The position numbers and the translations under genes are program-made. A stretch of 63,768 nt of DNA, filler included, from Collodictyon triciliatum (taxonomy: Eukaryota): assembly GCA_043381765.1 (NCBI GenBank). It is 8 parts of 8 records of this genome, joined end to end, with 100 filler letters (N's around TTAATTAATTAA, not from the genome) between each part and the next. Parts side by side here need not be neighbours in the genome. Positions count along the whole stretch, not along the records: positions 20,661 to 34,570 come from JBHJMP010000755.1; positions 34,671 to 52,973 come from JBHJMP010000756.1; 6 more parts are not named here. One strand, written 5' to 3'. Shown here one piece after another: positions 31,075-43,300 of this stretch (positions within the stretch are counted from its first letter, which is position 1; every line of letters starts with the position of its first letter). Under the pieces are notes generated by a model. It was not told the origin of the DNA and did not search any database. It saw only the letters and a program-made list of their open reading frames with translations.

Positions 31075-34000
31075 TTATTATTTCGTTTTTTCATTTAATA
31101 TGAAATTTAAATGAAATGTTGAATACTGTCATCTCTGCTGGCTTCCTCAATTATTTTTTTTTTTTAATGTTACAGTGATGATTTATGGGAACTTAAAAAT
31201 GATATCCCTGCTTCTTATTTGATTTGAGAAGAATTAACACACAATTACTTAAACTAACATAGTAATCGAGGGAATTGGTCTGGCAGCTATGGACCCTGGT
31301 GGTATGAGCTTCTCATTAACCTCATATATAAGAAATAGCTTCACTTTCTTTTTGGCAGAAATTTGACAAAAGCAAAAGGAACTAGTGACCCTTACTGTAC
31401 GGTTGACGTTGGGAAGCAAAAGAAGAAAACAAAGGCAATTCAAAAAACTCTAAATCCCATGTGGAATGAAAAATTCGGATTGTATACTTCATATCTTTAA
31501 ATTTCAACAAGATAGCAAATCATTTCATATCTACCAAGTGCTTCTTTCGAAAATCCTGTTGTGTTCTTTCAATTTCGTTCAATACCACACTATTACCCTT
31601 TAGTGACGTGACCCCAGACGCAACAAAAATTATTTTAACGGTTTATGACCAAGATTTTGGTCTTAGTGATGACTTTATCGTGAACTTTTATCCTTTAAAA
31701 CAATATGAAAAATTATTGTGGCAATAAAATAAAAATCAATCAAAACATATACCGCTGTAGAAACATAGTTCACATATTTAATAATTGGCTTATACTTGGT
31801 GTTTATAACATGCCACGCATAATAAAAAAAAATTGCCGTATGGATCAAAGGGAGACGTGCGCATCGATACTCTGGATGTCATCAAGCATAAACGCATGGA
31901 AGTAACAAGAGCTTTGAATCCTCCGGGAAATGGAGAAATTCGATTCTCAATTGAACATGCCCTTACTGCCGTAATTTTCGTCATTTGAAAATAGTATTTT
32001 GATGATTGAAATAGAAAATCATACCTCTTGCTGAAGCGTATACTTAATAATTTAATTGTGTGTATTCAGGATGAGCTTCAGTCGCTTGAAGAGAAAGTAA
32101 ATTTGAGTGCTTTAAGTTCCAAACAAAAAACGACTGGTGCCAAAATTCACATAGGAGGTAGCAGTTTGGAGAAATTTTAGAATGGAATCACCATGCTTTG
32201 CTTCCAATTATGTTTTTTTTTGTGTTGTTTGTGTCGAGGGCTTTTTTAATCCAGATTTAAACAATATGAAGTTGTTGAAGCCCGTAATTTGCTTGCTGCT
32301 GATGATGGAGGTGAGCTATTGCTTGATATGGAAAAAATAATACCTTACTTGGTTTCAAAATCGTCGTATAATAACAAAACAACGACAAAAACAAAACAAA
32401 AACAACATCAACATCAACAACAATAAGAAAAGAAAAGAAAAGAAAAGAAAAGAAAAGAAAAGAAAAGAAAAGAAAAGAAAAGAAAAGAAAAGAAAAGAAA
32501 AAAAAGAAAAAAAAAGAAAAAAAAGAAAAAAAAGAAAAAAGGGCAGATACATGGAACTCAATCTTTTTTAGATTTAAAGTAAATAAATAAAAAGGGACAA
32601 GCGATCCATATTGCAAGATTTCCATCAGCGGGAAAAAAGACCAGAAGACCAAGGTCCTTTACAAACAATTAAATCCTGTATGGGATGAAGTGCTTGTGTT
32701 CGAGTAAGTTTCATTCGAATGTTTATTGACGAGCCAAAAGCATTTAACGAGCCCCCCAGTACTTTTTTTCACTGGATTCATAGATAATTACCACTATTTG
32801 TGTATCATGAGCATTGTTTCTAGAGTCGCAAGCAATATTTCCAACCATGCAATCAACTAATTCATTCTCTTTGATTACATTTTCATCACAACGCCCATCC
32901 TGAAGCGGAATCAACGATGTTACGGGAATTATTCGTGTAGAGGTATATGACCATGACCAATTTACGATGCACGACTTACTCGGGCAGCTCGATATTCCCA
33001 TGCAAGAAATCACAGTAATTATGGATTGAATGTGTCAAAATATATCCATCTTCCTTTTTTAAATCCTCTTACACAGTTTGAAACATAAAATTCTTATTAT
33101 TCTAATAACAAAAACTCTACCAAGATCCCCTCAATCCTCTTATCCCTTTCACTTTTTTCCCATATAGATGGAAGCCGAAGACAAGTGGTACCCACTTAAC
33201 TCAAAATCCAAAGGAGCTCAAGTTACAGGCGAAATTAGACTGCAGACATTCTTTACTTTAGAGGTTTATATTCAAATTGGTTTTTTTTTAAAAAAAAAAT
33301 AGGTTAATGTATCGAGAGCCATAACATACTAAACACGGATAAACTCTATGTAAACCAGAATCTAGACAACCAGTTCATCAGGACTATGAGTATGAAATCC
33401 ACAGGCCCTAATCAGAAAGCAGGAGGGCGACTTCTCGTTGATGGTACTAAATAATCTTGTTTTTTTTTTTTTTGAAATACGATGGGCATAGTGTAATCCA
33501 CTTCCGATATTCAAAGGGATTAATGATAGTGCTATGGTCTCCTTTAGAGTCCGTCACTTCCGAACATTTTAAATAAATTTATTAAAAATGGAAATTTTAC
33601 ATTTATTCTTATCTTAAATATTGCAGTAATAGCCGCAGAGGGGCTTCTAGCAGCTGATTCGAATGGTTTGTATCTATTGATAAAGTATACTAGACTCTTT
33701 TTGAATATTAAACTTTAAAATAGTTTTTGTTGTTATTGTTGTAGATGTTGATATTGCTATTGTTGTTTTTGCAGGCTTCAGTGACCCCTACTGTCTGGTT
33801 TCCTTGGGAAAACAAGGATTCAAGACACCCATTATCAAGAAAAGCCTCAATCCTGTTTGGAACTTTCAAAAAATTATGTAATTAAAACTATTATATGTCA
33901 TATACACACAATTCATTTTGCTACTTTGGAGTTTGACAATCTTGTATGATTGGCATTAAATAATCATTCTTGAAAAATTAGAATGCAAAACTTTAATGGA

Positions 34001-34253
34001 CTTTTTTTTTTAACTGTCTAAGTCTTGTGGGAGGGTTCGCATCATTACTTAATCTTTATTAGCCTAAATATTTTTATTTTTTTATGTATACTCTAATATT
34101 CAAGGGATGTGACCCCTGATGCTAAAGAGCTACACATTAAAGTTATGGATTGGGATGCTATTGGAAGTGCTGACTTTTTGGGCCAGATATCTATTCCGAT
34201 TGAGCCCTTATTCAATGAGATTCCTAGCGATAATTGGTATACGCTCGTTGCAG
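20912..34253 (+). CDS. multi-C2-domain protein with >=11 tandem C2 domains; ~50 exons; both ends missing
   Basis: Repeated C2 signature G-x-L-x-h-x-V-x-x-A-x-x-L-x-x-x-D-x-x-G-x-SDPY...KT-x-x-I-x-K-x-LNP-x-W...D-x-D...DF-h-G. Exons splice in frame throughout except across the gap at 30885-30984. Confidence 0.92.
22561..22806. repeat. (GAAAAGAA)/(GAAAA)-type purine array, intronic
   Basis: Read directly. Confidence 0.9.
26478..26610. repeat. (TTTTTG)n to (TTTTGG)n compound array, intronic
   Basis: Read directly. Confidence 0.9.
28660..28960. repeat. (AACAATAATAAT)n array with gap, intronic
   Basis: Read directly. Confidence 0.9.
30781..31075. repeat. (ATTCCT)n - gap - (ATT)n arrays; the gap probably hides C2 exon(s)
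   Basis: Read directly; the last strand of C2 repeat 8 and the linker to repeat 9 are absent from the visible sequence. Confidence 0.85.
31202..31258 (+). other. probable AT-AC (U12-type) intron
   Basis: Starts ATATCCCT, ends ...CTTAAACTAAC; removal gives [14 protein letters not shown], matching C2 strand 1; contains in-frame stops. Confidence 0.65.
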
Positions 34254-34527
34254 GTGAGTTGAATTAAACCACCCTGAGTCCTTTCAAAGGGATATATTTT
34301 TTACATTAAGTAAATGAATAGTATACAATATATAGTTGTATATCTATGCAGTTGAATATTCGACGATGATTTACCACATGATAAACACTCGGGTCCTAGA
34401 TTTTTTCTTTTTTCTTTTTTTTTTCTTTTTTTTCTTTTTTTTCTTTTTTCTTTTTTCTTTTTTCTTTTTTTCTTTTTTCTTTTTTCTTTTTTCTTTTTTC
34501 TTTTTTCTTTTTTCTTTTTTTCTTTTT

Positions 34528-34567
<40 letters not shown>

Positions 34568-34570
34568 TTT

Positions 34571-34670
34571 NNNNNNNNNNNNNNNNNNNNNNNNNNNNNN
34601 NNNNNNNNNNNNNNTTAATTAATTAANNNNNNNNNNNNNNNNNNNNNNNNNNNNNNNNNNNNNNNNNNNN
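34571..34670. other. artificial contig-joining linker
   Basis: N44-TTAATTAATTAA-N44. Confidence 0.97.
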
Positions 34671-34818
34671 AGAAAAGAAAAGAAAAGAAAAGAAAAGAAA
34701 AGAAAAGAAAAGAAAAGAAAAGAAAAGAAAAGAAAAGAAAAGAAAAGAAAAGAAAAGAAAAGAAAAGAGTTCATTTTCGGGTAAACAACGTATAAAGTCT
34801 TTGTACTTAAATAATTAC

Positions 34819-37287
34819 TATTTTAATAAGAAATCCTCTGAATAATCCGTTTTCAGTCTGCTCTTGTATAATGTTGATAATTTCTTGTGGCCATTCAAGA
34901 AGCAATGCAAGTTCTTGTATATCAAGACAAAATCTATAATTTATATCGAATGAGAAGCTAAAAAAGAACGCTTTTATGACTTTAATTTACTAAAATTGAA
35001 AAGAATATAAAAATAAACAAGTTCTAATAAATCGAAATTACCGAATGGCTTTCTCCCAATCTACAAACAAGAGAATGTGTTCATCTGCCTCCACAAACAC
35101 ACATTTACCATCATGTTTTCCTAGGAGCTTTTAGGCGATATCATGCGATAGTTATGGTATTGAGGAAAACAATATGAATTTTCTCAACATCTTGGCTCAT
35201 TTCTAACATGTTACACATTAATTGATAGAAAAGTGATGTTTTAAAGAAATTTGTACTATAAGGTATTATTTCGATAAAAATCGTCACCTTTCGGATGAAC
35301 TCATTAAATAAAATGACAGATTTTTCCATGGACATGGGCTCTCCTTGCCAGAGGGAGGCGACGTCATCAACACCCAGAGTGACCACCGCCCCTATGCGCT
35401 GCACGACATCCTTTTTTGCTACCATCTATTAATTGTTTATTTTTATCGTTATTGTGGCGTATAATAAAACTGCTGATATTGCAGAGAATTCGAGATAAAA
35501 AATTAAGCTAGTTCTCAAAAGTTTCCAAAAGACATGGAGAACCTGTCGGGCTTGGTCGAGGAAATCAATGAATAAATCTGTTGTTAGTGTCTCTAATCTA
35601 CGCGCGACAGTTTCAAACGTCAAACGGTGATTTGGATTCTGCTCCCAAAGATTCTCAATCAACGCCTTAAATTGCTGGGGGATTCTTTCCGGAATTTCAG
35701 GTCGCAATCTCCCTTGGACAACTTCGAGAGCAATAAAGAATCCTTTATCTAAGTCTTCATACGGTACTTGCTGGGTGATAATTTCCCATAGCACAATACC
35801 GAAGCTGTAAGAATCTGACATTTCTGAGTGATGTAAACCACTAATAATCTCTGGTGCCATCCATGGTAGACTTCCCGTCCATTCCCTTTTGGGTTTGTGT
35901 TTAACAGAAGACAGCCCGAAATCACTATTCAGAAGAAGTTGTTAATGGTGCATAAGTTGAGGTTCAATGGTATTTATTCAGACAACTGAAATCAGATTGA
36001 AATAAAAAAAACAATAAATAAATAAAAATAAAAAGACGAACCATAATTTTAGTGTTTTACTTCGGTCAATCTTCGGAGTTGGGCGCGGCATAAATAAGAC
36101 CAGGGATTAGTAATGATAATATATTGGCTAAAGGGCTATCAAGTGTTGTGGCAGAAATAGAGGATATATAATAATATAAATCATTATAAATGCATTATCA
36201 CAAGAAGATTTGGCGATTTTAAATCCCCATGGATCACTGGAGGTGAGGCAGAATGGAGATATTTCATGCCTGCAAGGAATCGTGATATGCGGTTCAATAA
36301 GAAATAACAAATATCAATATTTTTTTTTAAAAAAAAAAAACAACAACTGTGTAATACATCAGAACATAACTTAGGAAGAGCTGCAGAGGAAAAGAATATA
36401 CCTTTAACCACGTCACGTATGAAAGACAACTTCAACTTCATATGGATATTGCGATGATTTCGAAGATAATTAAATAGAGTCCCCTCACTCATATACTCAC
36501 ACAAAATCGACATATTTGGCTTTTCAATGCAAGTACCCATATACATCGTAATGTTAGGATGACGTAGTTCCCTGCTCGTGTGAAATATATTCATTAATGG
36601 CCCAACCGTGGTTCAAAAATCTAGTCTAAATCGGCTTTTAAAATGTACATAGACATTGTAGTTTTTGAGTATAGGATAGTTTTCTTACACTAAAACACAC
36701 ACTTCATCCAGAAGCTGCTCTAACCCATCATTTTCGATATCTTGATTATGAAGCCTTTTCACTGCTATTTCCGTCCCCTTCCAGACGGCACGGTATACCT
36801 ATTTTATGATAAAATTGGTTTTCATATAGATTCTTTTTCTTTTTCTTTTTCTTTCAACAAATCGAACAAATGCACATTAATTGTGTATGCTTTGGTAGAG
36901 GTGAATATGTGTGTGTATATATTGTGATACATCTCCAAAACTCCCAGAGCCGATGAACTCATGTAATTCTAAAGTATCGAACTCGACAACAGTGTAGTGT
37001 TTGATATAGTTCTCCTGAGGCACAACTTTGTTTCTTCTCTTTTTCTTATAGACACAAGCTGCTATGAAAAACAATATTATAACTCCAGCAGAGGCGGAAA
37101 CGGCTCCCACTAAAAAGGAGTACCCTGTTTATTTTGAATTTAGTGACATTTTGTGACCCTTTAAGGTCCAAAAATAATAACGCAGACAAATTTTCAATGG
37201 TAAATGGTACACCTTTGTATTCGTCAAATGCAGAGGGCAACTAGGCAAGTTCCATTTTAGGGTGTAATAAAAATGATTGACTCAGTA

Positions 37288-37383
<96 letters not shown>

Positions 37384-40300
37384 TTTCCTCAGAGGGTTAA
37401 TCAACAGTAAATCTTACATCTGGGCATGATTTGCAAGAAAGCAACTCGTCCGAAAAACACTTGTTTGTTGGGCAGCCACAGTTTTCGTTGCTATTAGAAT
37501 TGCTTGAAATTTGGCAATCTATGATATGTAAATAAGTATGTCTGGTCATGCAATTAGAGACTTTGTAAACTAAAATTATTCGAATTGAAATATATCAATC
37601 TTTCGAAAATATAATTCAGTATCAATAGAAAGGGCTATTTAATTAAATTTTGTATGGCCATAGTAATTATTCCATATTTTATATGTGTCGATTCCATCAA
37701 TAACTCATTATTATGTATAGAAATAGTTTACATAGTTGAGTAATTATTATCATGCTTCCAATTATCATTTGAATGGGGGAAAAAAGGGCAATATTGAACA
37801 ATAGTTACTGGTATATCTGATTTCAAATCCTGAGGAAGACGCCTGAAATCCAGAATCTCTCTGCACTAACAATTGGACAACACATATCATACTTTGGCTT
37901 CTGATCAGTCCACTTCGGCCGTTGCCAGAAAGCATTATTATTTCATTGGCCCCGGTAGTGGCGGTCAATACAACCCGAAGCCTAGAGTTAAATCGCGGTT
38001 ATAGACTCTATATTTTAGAATATGACACGGAGTTGTAAATTGATACCTGTCTCCTCGTCTCAGCTTATATTCAACTATTAAATTTGAAGAGTTTCGAATT
38101 TCCCATGTGCAATTTGCAACTGTGGAGTAACCACTTCCAAAACTTCCATCTCCAAATGACATGATTTTTTCAGAACCGTACAGAATGGTCGGCGAGTTGC
38201 TGTTGCAAAAAGCTATGTGATACAAAAAAAAATCATTATTATTATTTTGCATTTTAGATTGCCTGCTTCGTGAGTGACACACTTATAGGATATCACATAC
38301 CAGGAAAATACTCAAAGTAGTTGTTTGTCTCTACTCTCGGCTTCATAGGGAAAAACACGAGTAATCCGTTGGAAAAGTAATTTGGAACAAATGTAGAATT
38401 CAATCCAACATATTGGTCATTCTGAAATTTAATCCAAACATCGAAGCCTTCCAAAAAATAAAATAGAAAATGAAAAAGGAAAAAGGAAAAAGGAAAAAGG
38501 AAAAGAAAGGAATTAAAAGATTTAATACCCGTTTTTTAAGAACATATTTTCTAATTTTTAAAACTATAACAACAATCCTGAATTATACAGATATCATTCA
38601 GAGGTACCTGTGTTATAGTACCATAATTCGTAGTATTCTTTGGTGGATATATGCAGCTGAACATAAACGACAATTCCTTTCTTAAAGGGGATGAGAGAAA
38701 TAATCGAAAAGCTGCTCCAAACCATAGGAATGTCACGTTTAAACCAATCTCGAGTTTCTATGTTGATGTACGTAGTATTATGTTAAAGTGAGATGACAGA
38801 CTATACTTCTAAGTATTTAACCACGACTTTGAATCGAATAAAGGGAAAAAAGTATTTAACCACGAAAAGAAGTAAAGAACAATTGATATGCAATTAAAAA
38901 TGGGTAGCACAGTCTTGTACAAAGTAATTATATAATTAATAAATTGATGCTATTAAACATGAGTGCGACGCTATAAAGGACATGCAGGAAAGTAGATAAA
39001 AAATATTATGAAATTACCTATGCCATATCCATATAAACTTAGATTGGGGGTTCCATCGAGATGTTTTCCGCCAATTACATATACTGTACCCGAAAACTCA
39101 ACAGCAACTCCAGCGTAGATGCATGGCTTATTAATGACATGGTATATGTATTATAGAAAAGAATCATATTTGTTCCTTTTTTTTTTTCCATCGAATTAAT
39201 TCAAAAAAAAAAGAGTGTACACATATCTTTTATAGTTAAAAAAAAAATTCTTACAGGACTATTGCTAGCATGATAAACTGTTATTGAACTTTCTGTAAAG
39301 CCAAAAAATACAACAAGAGATGGATCCATGGGAAGTGAAGTTGTGGGCTTCATGTATTGAGAATAGTTGAGGACATATCCAACAAGTTACATATTGGTCT
39401 TTGATATAATAACATAACGCAGAGGATTACCTTTCCTCCCCAAAAAAAGATAAAATCCTTCAGTGTACAAGTAATTACGTTGTTTCTTCGAAATATATAT
39501 GATAGATTGGACGGTAGTTGGAAAAAGGATGGCTGCCAACGAATTTCGTCTAACCCTATAGCGGTGCGATACTTAATGAATTCAATATTCAAAATTAATA
39601 AAGGGGGAAACTTTTTCTACTCCAATAGTTGATGGGAATGAATAAAAGAGACATGATTCCAAAAAAAAAATCATAATAATATGAAAGCTGAGTGTATTGT
39701 CAGGCCATGATTGGTAGACTACGGAAGGGGAATAGAGGGAATTTGGTTGTATATGCCTGTATTTAAAACCCAGAGCAATGGGGTCTGAGATGATTTCAGG
39801 ACTCCGAATATGAAAATATCTGGAAAGTGCTGGTACAGTTGATAGACGAATGTGGAGTCCAAAATCAAACTGGATGCTTGTTCATTTAACACTTTAGACC
39901 AAAGTCCCGTATCTAAAATGTTTGCATTAAAAAAAGTATGTGTATTCATGGGTAGGTCGCATCATTTTTTCTTCAAAGGTAGATACCATAGATTTCCTTT
40001 CATAATTATCATATTTTACCAAATAAATAAATATAATGATAAAAGTGGATAGTTAAATAGTGCCCTCCAAAACCTTTGTTGTATATCCAAATATCATCAA
40101 GTTCTGCTTCTGGTTGGTTGGTATATCCCCCCAAAATACAAACATGAGTGGAATTCTCATATGTCTTCGGTCTCACCCTCGATGATGGAAATATTGTATT
40201 TGGAAAAGATATCCAACCATTATTATCTAAAAGGAATAATCACATCAAATAACAAAAATGAAAGGCAAAAGTGTATTCAATTACAGAATGAACTGTTCGT

Positions 40301-43300
40301 ACTATTATCCGAACAATACCATTGATGGTGTTTAGAATGTGTATATACCTGCTCCCCATACCCATATGTTAGTGCTCAAGATGCCCCTCTTTGTCTCACT
40401 CGGTCCCATCATGAATCCGATAATATCAGACAAATTAATGGCCAGCCCTCCATATTGCATCGGAGGTATATAAATCTTGTCCAGATAATTCTTCCTTGGT
40501 ATTATCGACATGAGCATTGTTTCTATTCCATAATAATGACGATAATGAACAAACTAAGAAAGATATATTGAAAGCCTGCTTAAGGGAAAACATGTATTGT
40601 GCAAAAAGAAAAAGTCTCCCGAACCCGTGTCCAATATAAGCATATCGTCCATAGGGTTCTCTTGGATTTTCCCCCCGTAAATATATATTTTATTTTTAAA
40701 CTGTGTGAATGTAGCCCCCATGCGATTGGATATGCATGATAAAAAATGAGGGCAGCATCCATTCGCAATTGACATACTGTCCTTTGTGAAGTATTTTCCA
40801 TCTGAGATGGACATATTTTCTTAATGGAAGTGGAAAAAAAAAGTGGGCTACAATTTTATTTTATTTTTTTGCTGAACATTCATGAAGGACTCACCAAAGG
40901 AAAACAGCCAAATTTGGTTCGAAGGCTCATAATTATTTATCCCTCCAATAAAGAGCCATTTATTGATTTTCAATCCATGACTGGGATAAGAAATGTATGG
41001 AAAAGATGTATCGGCGAATCTCTGCATTTCAGTAGCATCTATAATCGAAAGTTGATCATATTGTTAATTGTTTGGGTGAAACCACCATTTTATAAATTAA
41101 AAGCAAGAACTATTCTAAGTAACTGAATATTCAAGCCATGTATAGCCTAGTATCAAGCTGCAATATTATTACTTTTTGATAGGCGAATCATATCATTAAC
41201 AATCCTTCCGTACTCCTATTATACAACATAATAGCAATAATACTAAGAAATCAAATAATCCTAATTTCCAAAAAAAAAAAATTATCTCACATCAACACCT
41301 CCAAAAACCCATATGGATGAGTCATGCGCCACACAACTATGTCCGACCAATTCATTTGGAAAGTTGATTGTGGGAGTCCAATATAACGCTTGGCTGTGGA
41401 GTTTGTATATGACATTGTCATGCCGATTTTCTGTGCTACCGCCAATCATGATTATATTCGGTTCTGCATAAACCAGACAAAATCCAAATCTTCCAATCGG
41501 GACATGCCCGATGGCATATTTACTTGTCCAACCGATACCTGCCATAAAAAATATTAGTATATTTGTAACTATTATTGCATGCTTTCTAATTTGGAATATA
41601 ACAGACCTAGAATAGAAAAGTGAATTGACATCGGCAAAAGTAAAGGGGGTTAACCACCAGGCTTCACATACAAAAAAGAAAAGAAAAGAAAAGAAAAGAA
41701 AAGAAAAGAAAAGAAAAGAAAAGAAAAGAAAAGAAAAGAAAAGAAAAGAAATGAAGTATATTACTTGTTAATATGTATATTATGTCCATTCGATTGAATA
41801 AAGGTTGATTTTCGTTTGGCGTCTGGAGTCCTCCAAGAAGTAAAGCCTCGTTTGATATAGATATAGAACCTCCGAAAAATATTGGTGGGGGATTTCCGTT
41901 GAAGTAAAGTGCATGCGACTCTATATCCCTTAAAGGATCTTTTGTTTTGTCCAATTACACGATCAATTACATAGTTTAATAGTATTTTCTTCAATTTTTA
42001 AAAAAATATGGGTAAAGATAAAGAACCTTTAGCTTGAGTCGGTGAACAACTTTCCTATTTTTTATTTCGTAGTAAGTTACTTAAGAATAATAAAAATAAT
42101 AAAAAATAATAATAATTATAAATCACTATGTCCTTGCTGATTTCTCTCAATAAATAAGTAAACATAGTCTTATTAGAAAAAAGTGGCACAACTTTTACGT
42201 CATTAAGTGGATCTTGAATCCATCCTGTCCTACATGGGATACAATCTCCCAAGTAGTTGACGAAATGGTCAACTGGACACTCGCATGTAATGTTGAGAAT
42301 GTATCCAAGAGGACAATCTATGTTCGTGTAAGCGAGTTATAATATTTCGGCATAAAGTTAAGCCATAAATCGATAATTATTTATCTTAAATTTTGCTGGG
42401 AGGGGGTTATATGAAATACATTAGGCTACCAATAAGATCTATTTGAAAGCCTTCCTCGGTATTTGCATCTGATGGGACATTCAACTTGACGTAAAATTTT
42501 CTTTCTGGACTTTGAATATATTGAACATCTCTATTCATGTCCATCATTTTCTGGAGAAAAAAAATGAAGTAATGGAAAGGATGCGAAATATAAAGTTAGC
42601 CATGATACTTGTGACCCAAAACTTAGATGAATTTTAAGTTCTTTTCTTTACTTGATTGATTAATTTATAGACATACCCATTCGATGCAATCGATATCAGA
42701 CGATCTTTGCAGTTCGTTACAGCATTTACCCACACCAAAATATATTCTTGACTTGGAAAGGTGAAGGAGAGTCATCTATGTTAAGGTGCACTTTGTACTT
42801 TATTGATACATTTGCAGTTTTTCTCTCTCTCTTTTGTCTCTTTTTTTTTCTTTCGAGGCGGAGGAGGAGAGAGTCTATGTGTCTGCATGTACTATTTATG
42901 CCATAGGATGTATAATATACCTTAAAGCTATTCGCTCCGCTCACCTCCCATGTACAAACTGACCCTGGTATCATTTTGAAATTTCCGCTACCATCATCAA
43001 AGCTTCTATTTTCTGGAAAAAATACTGTCGCATATTCCTGACAGAAAGCTGTATAAATTTTGTAAATTTAATTTGTCCAATAGTTCGAATTGCTTATTAC
43101 TTTCTATTATTATCTATGACTTTCTATGACTTTTCTATTCTATTCTATTCTATTCTATTCTATTCTATTCTATTCTATTCTGTTCTGTTCTGTTCTATTC
43201 TGTTCTATTCTGTTCTATTCTGTTCTATTCTGTTCTATTCTGTTCTATTCTGTTCTATTCTGTTCTATTCTGTTCTATTCTATTCTATTCTATTCTATTC

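Noticed and set aside
31202-31262. AT-AG reading of the C2 repeat 9 intron at the conserved phase-1 position
   Set aside because: It gives DDLWELKN-V, losing the Gly at -6 and the alternating hydrophobic pattern; the AT-AC reading fits much better.
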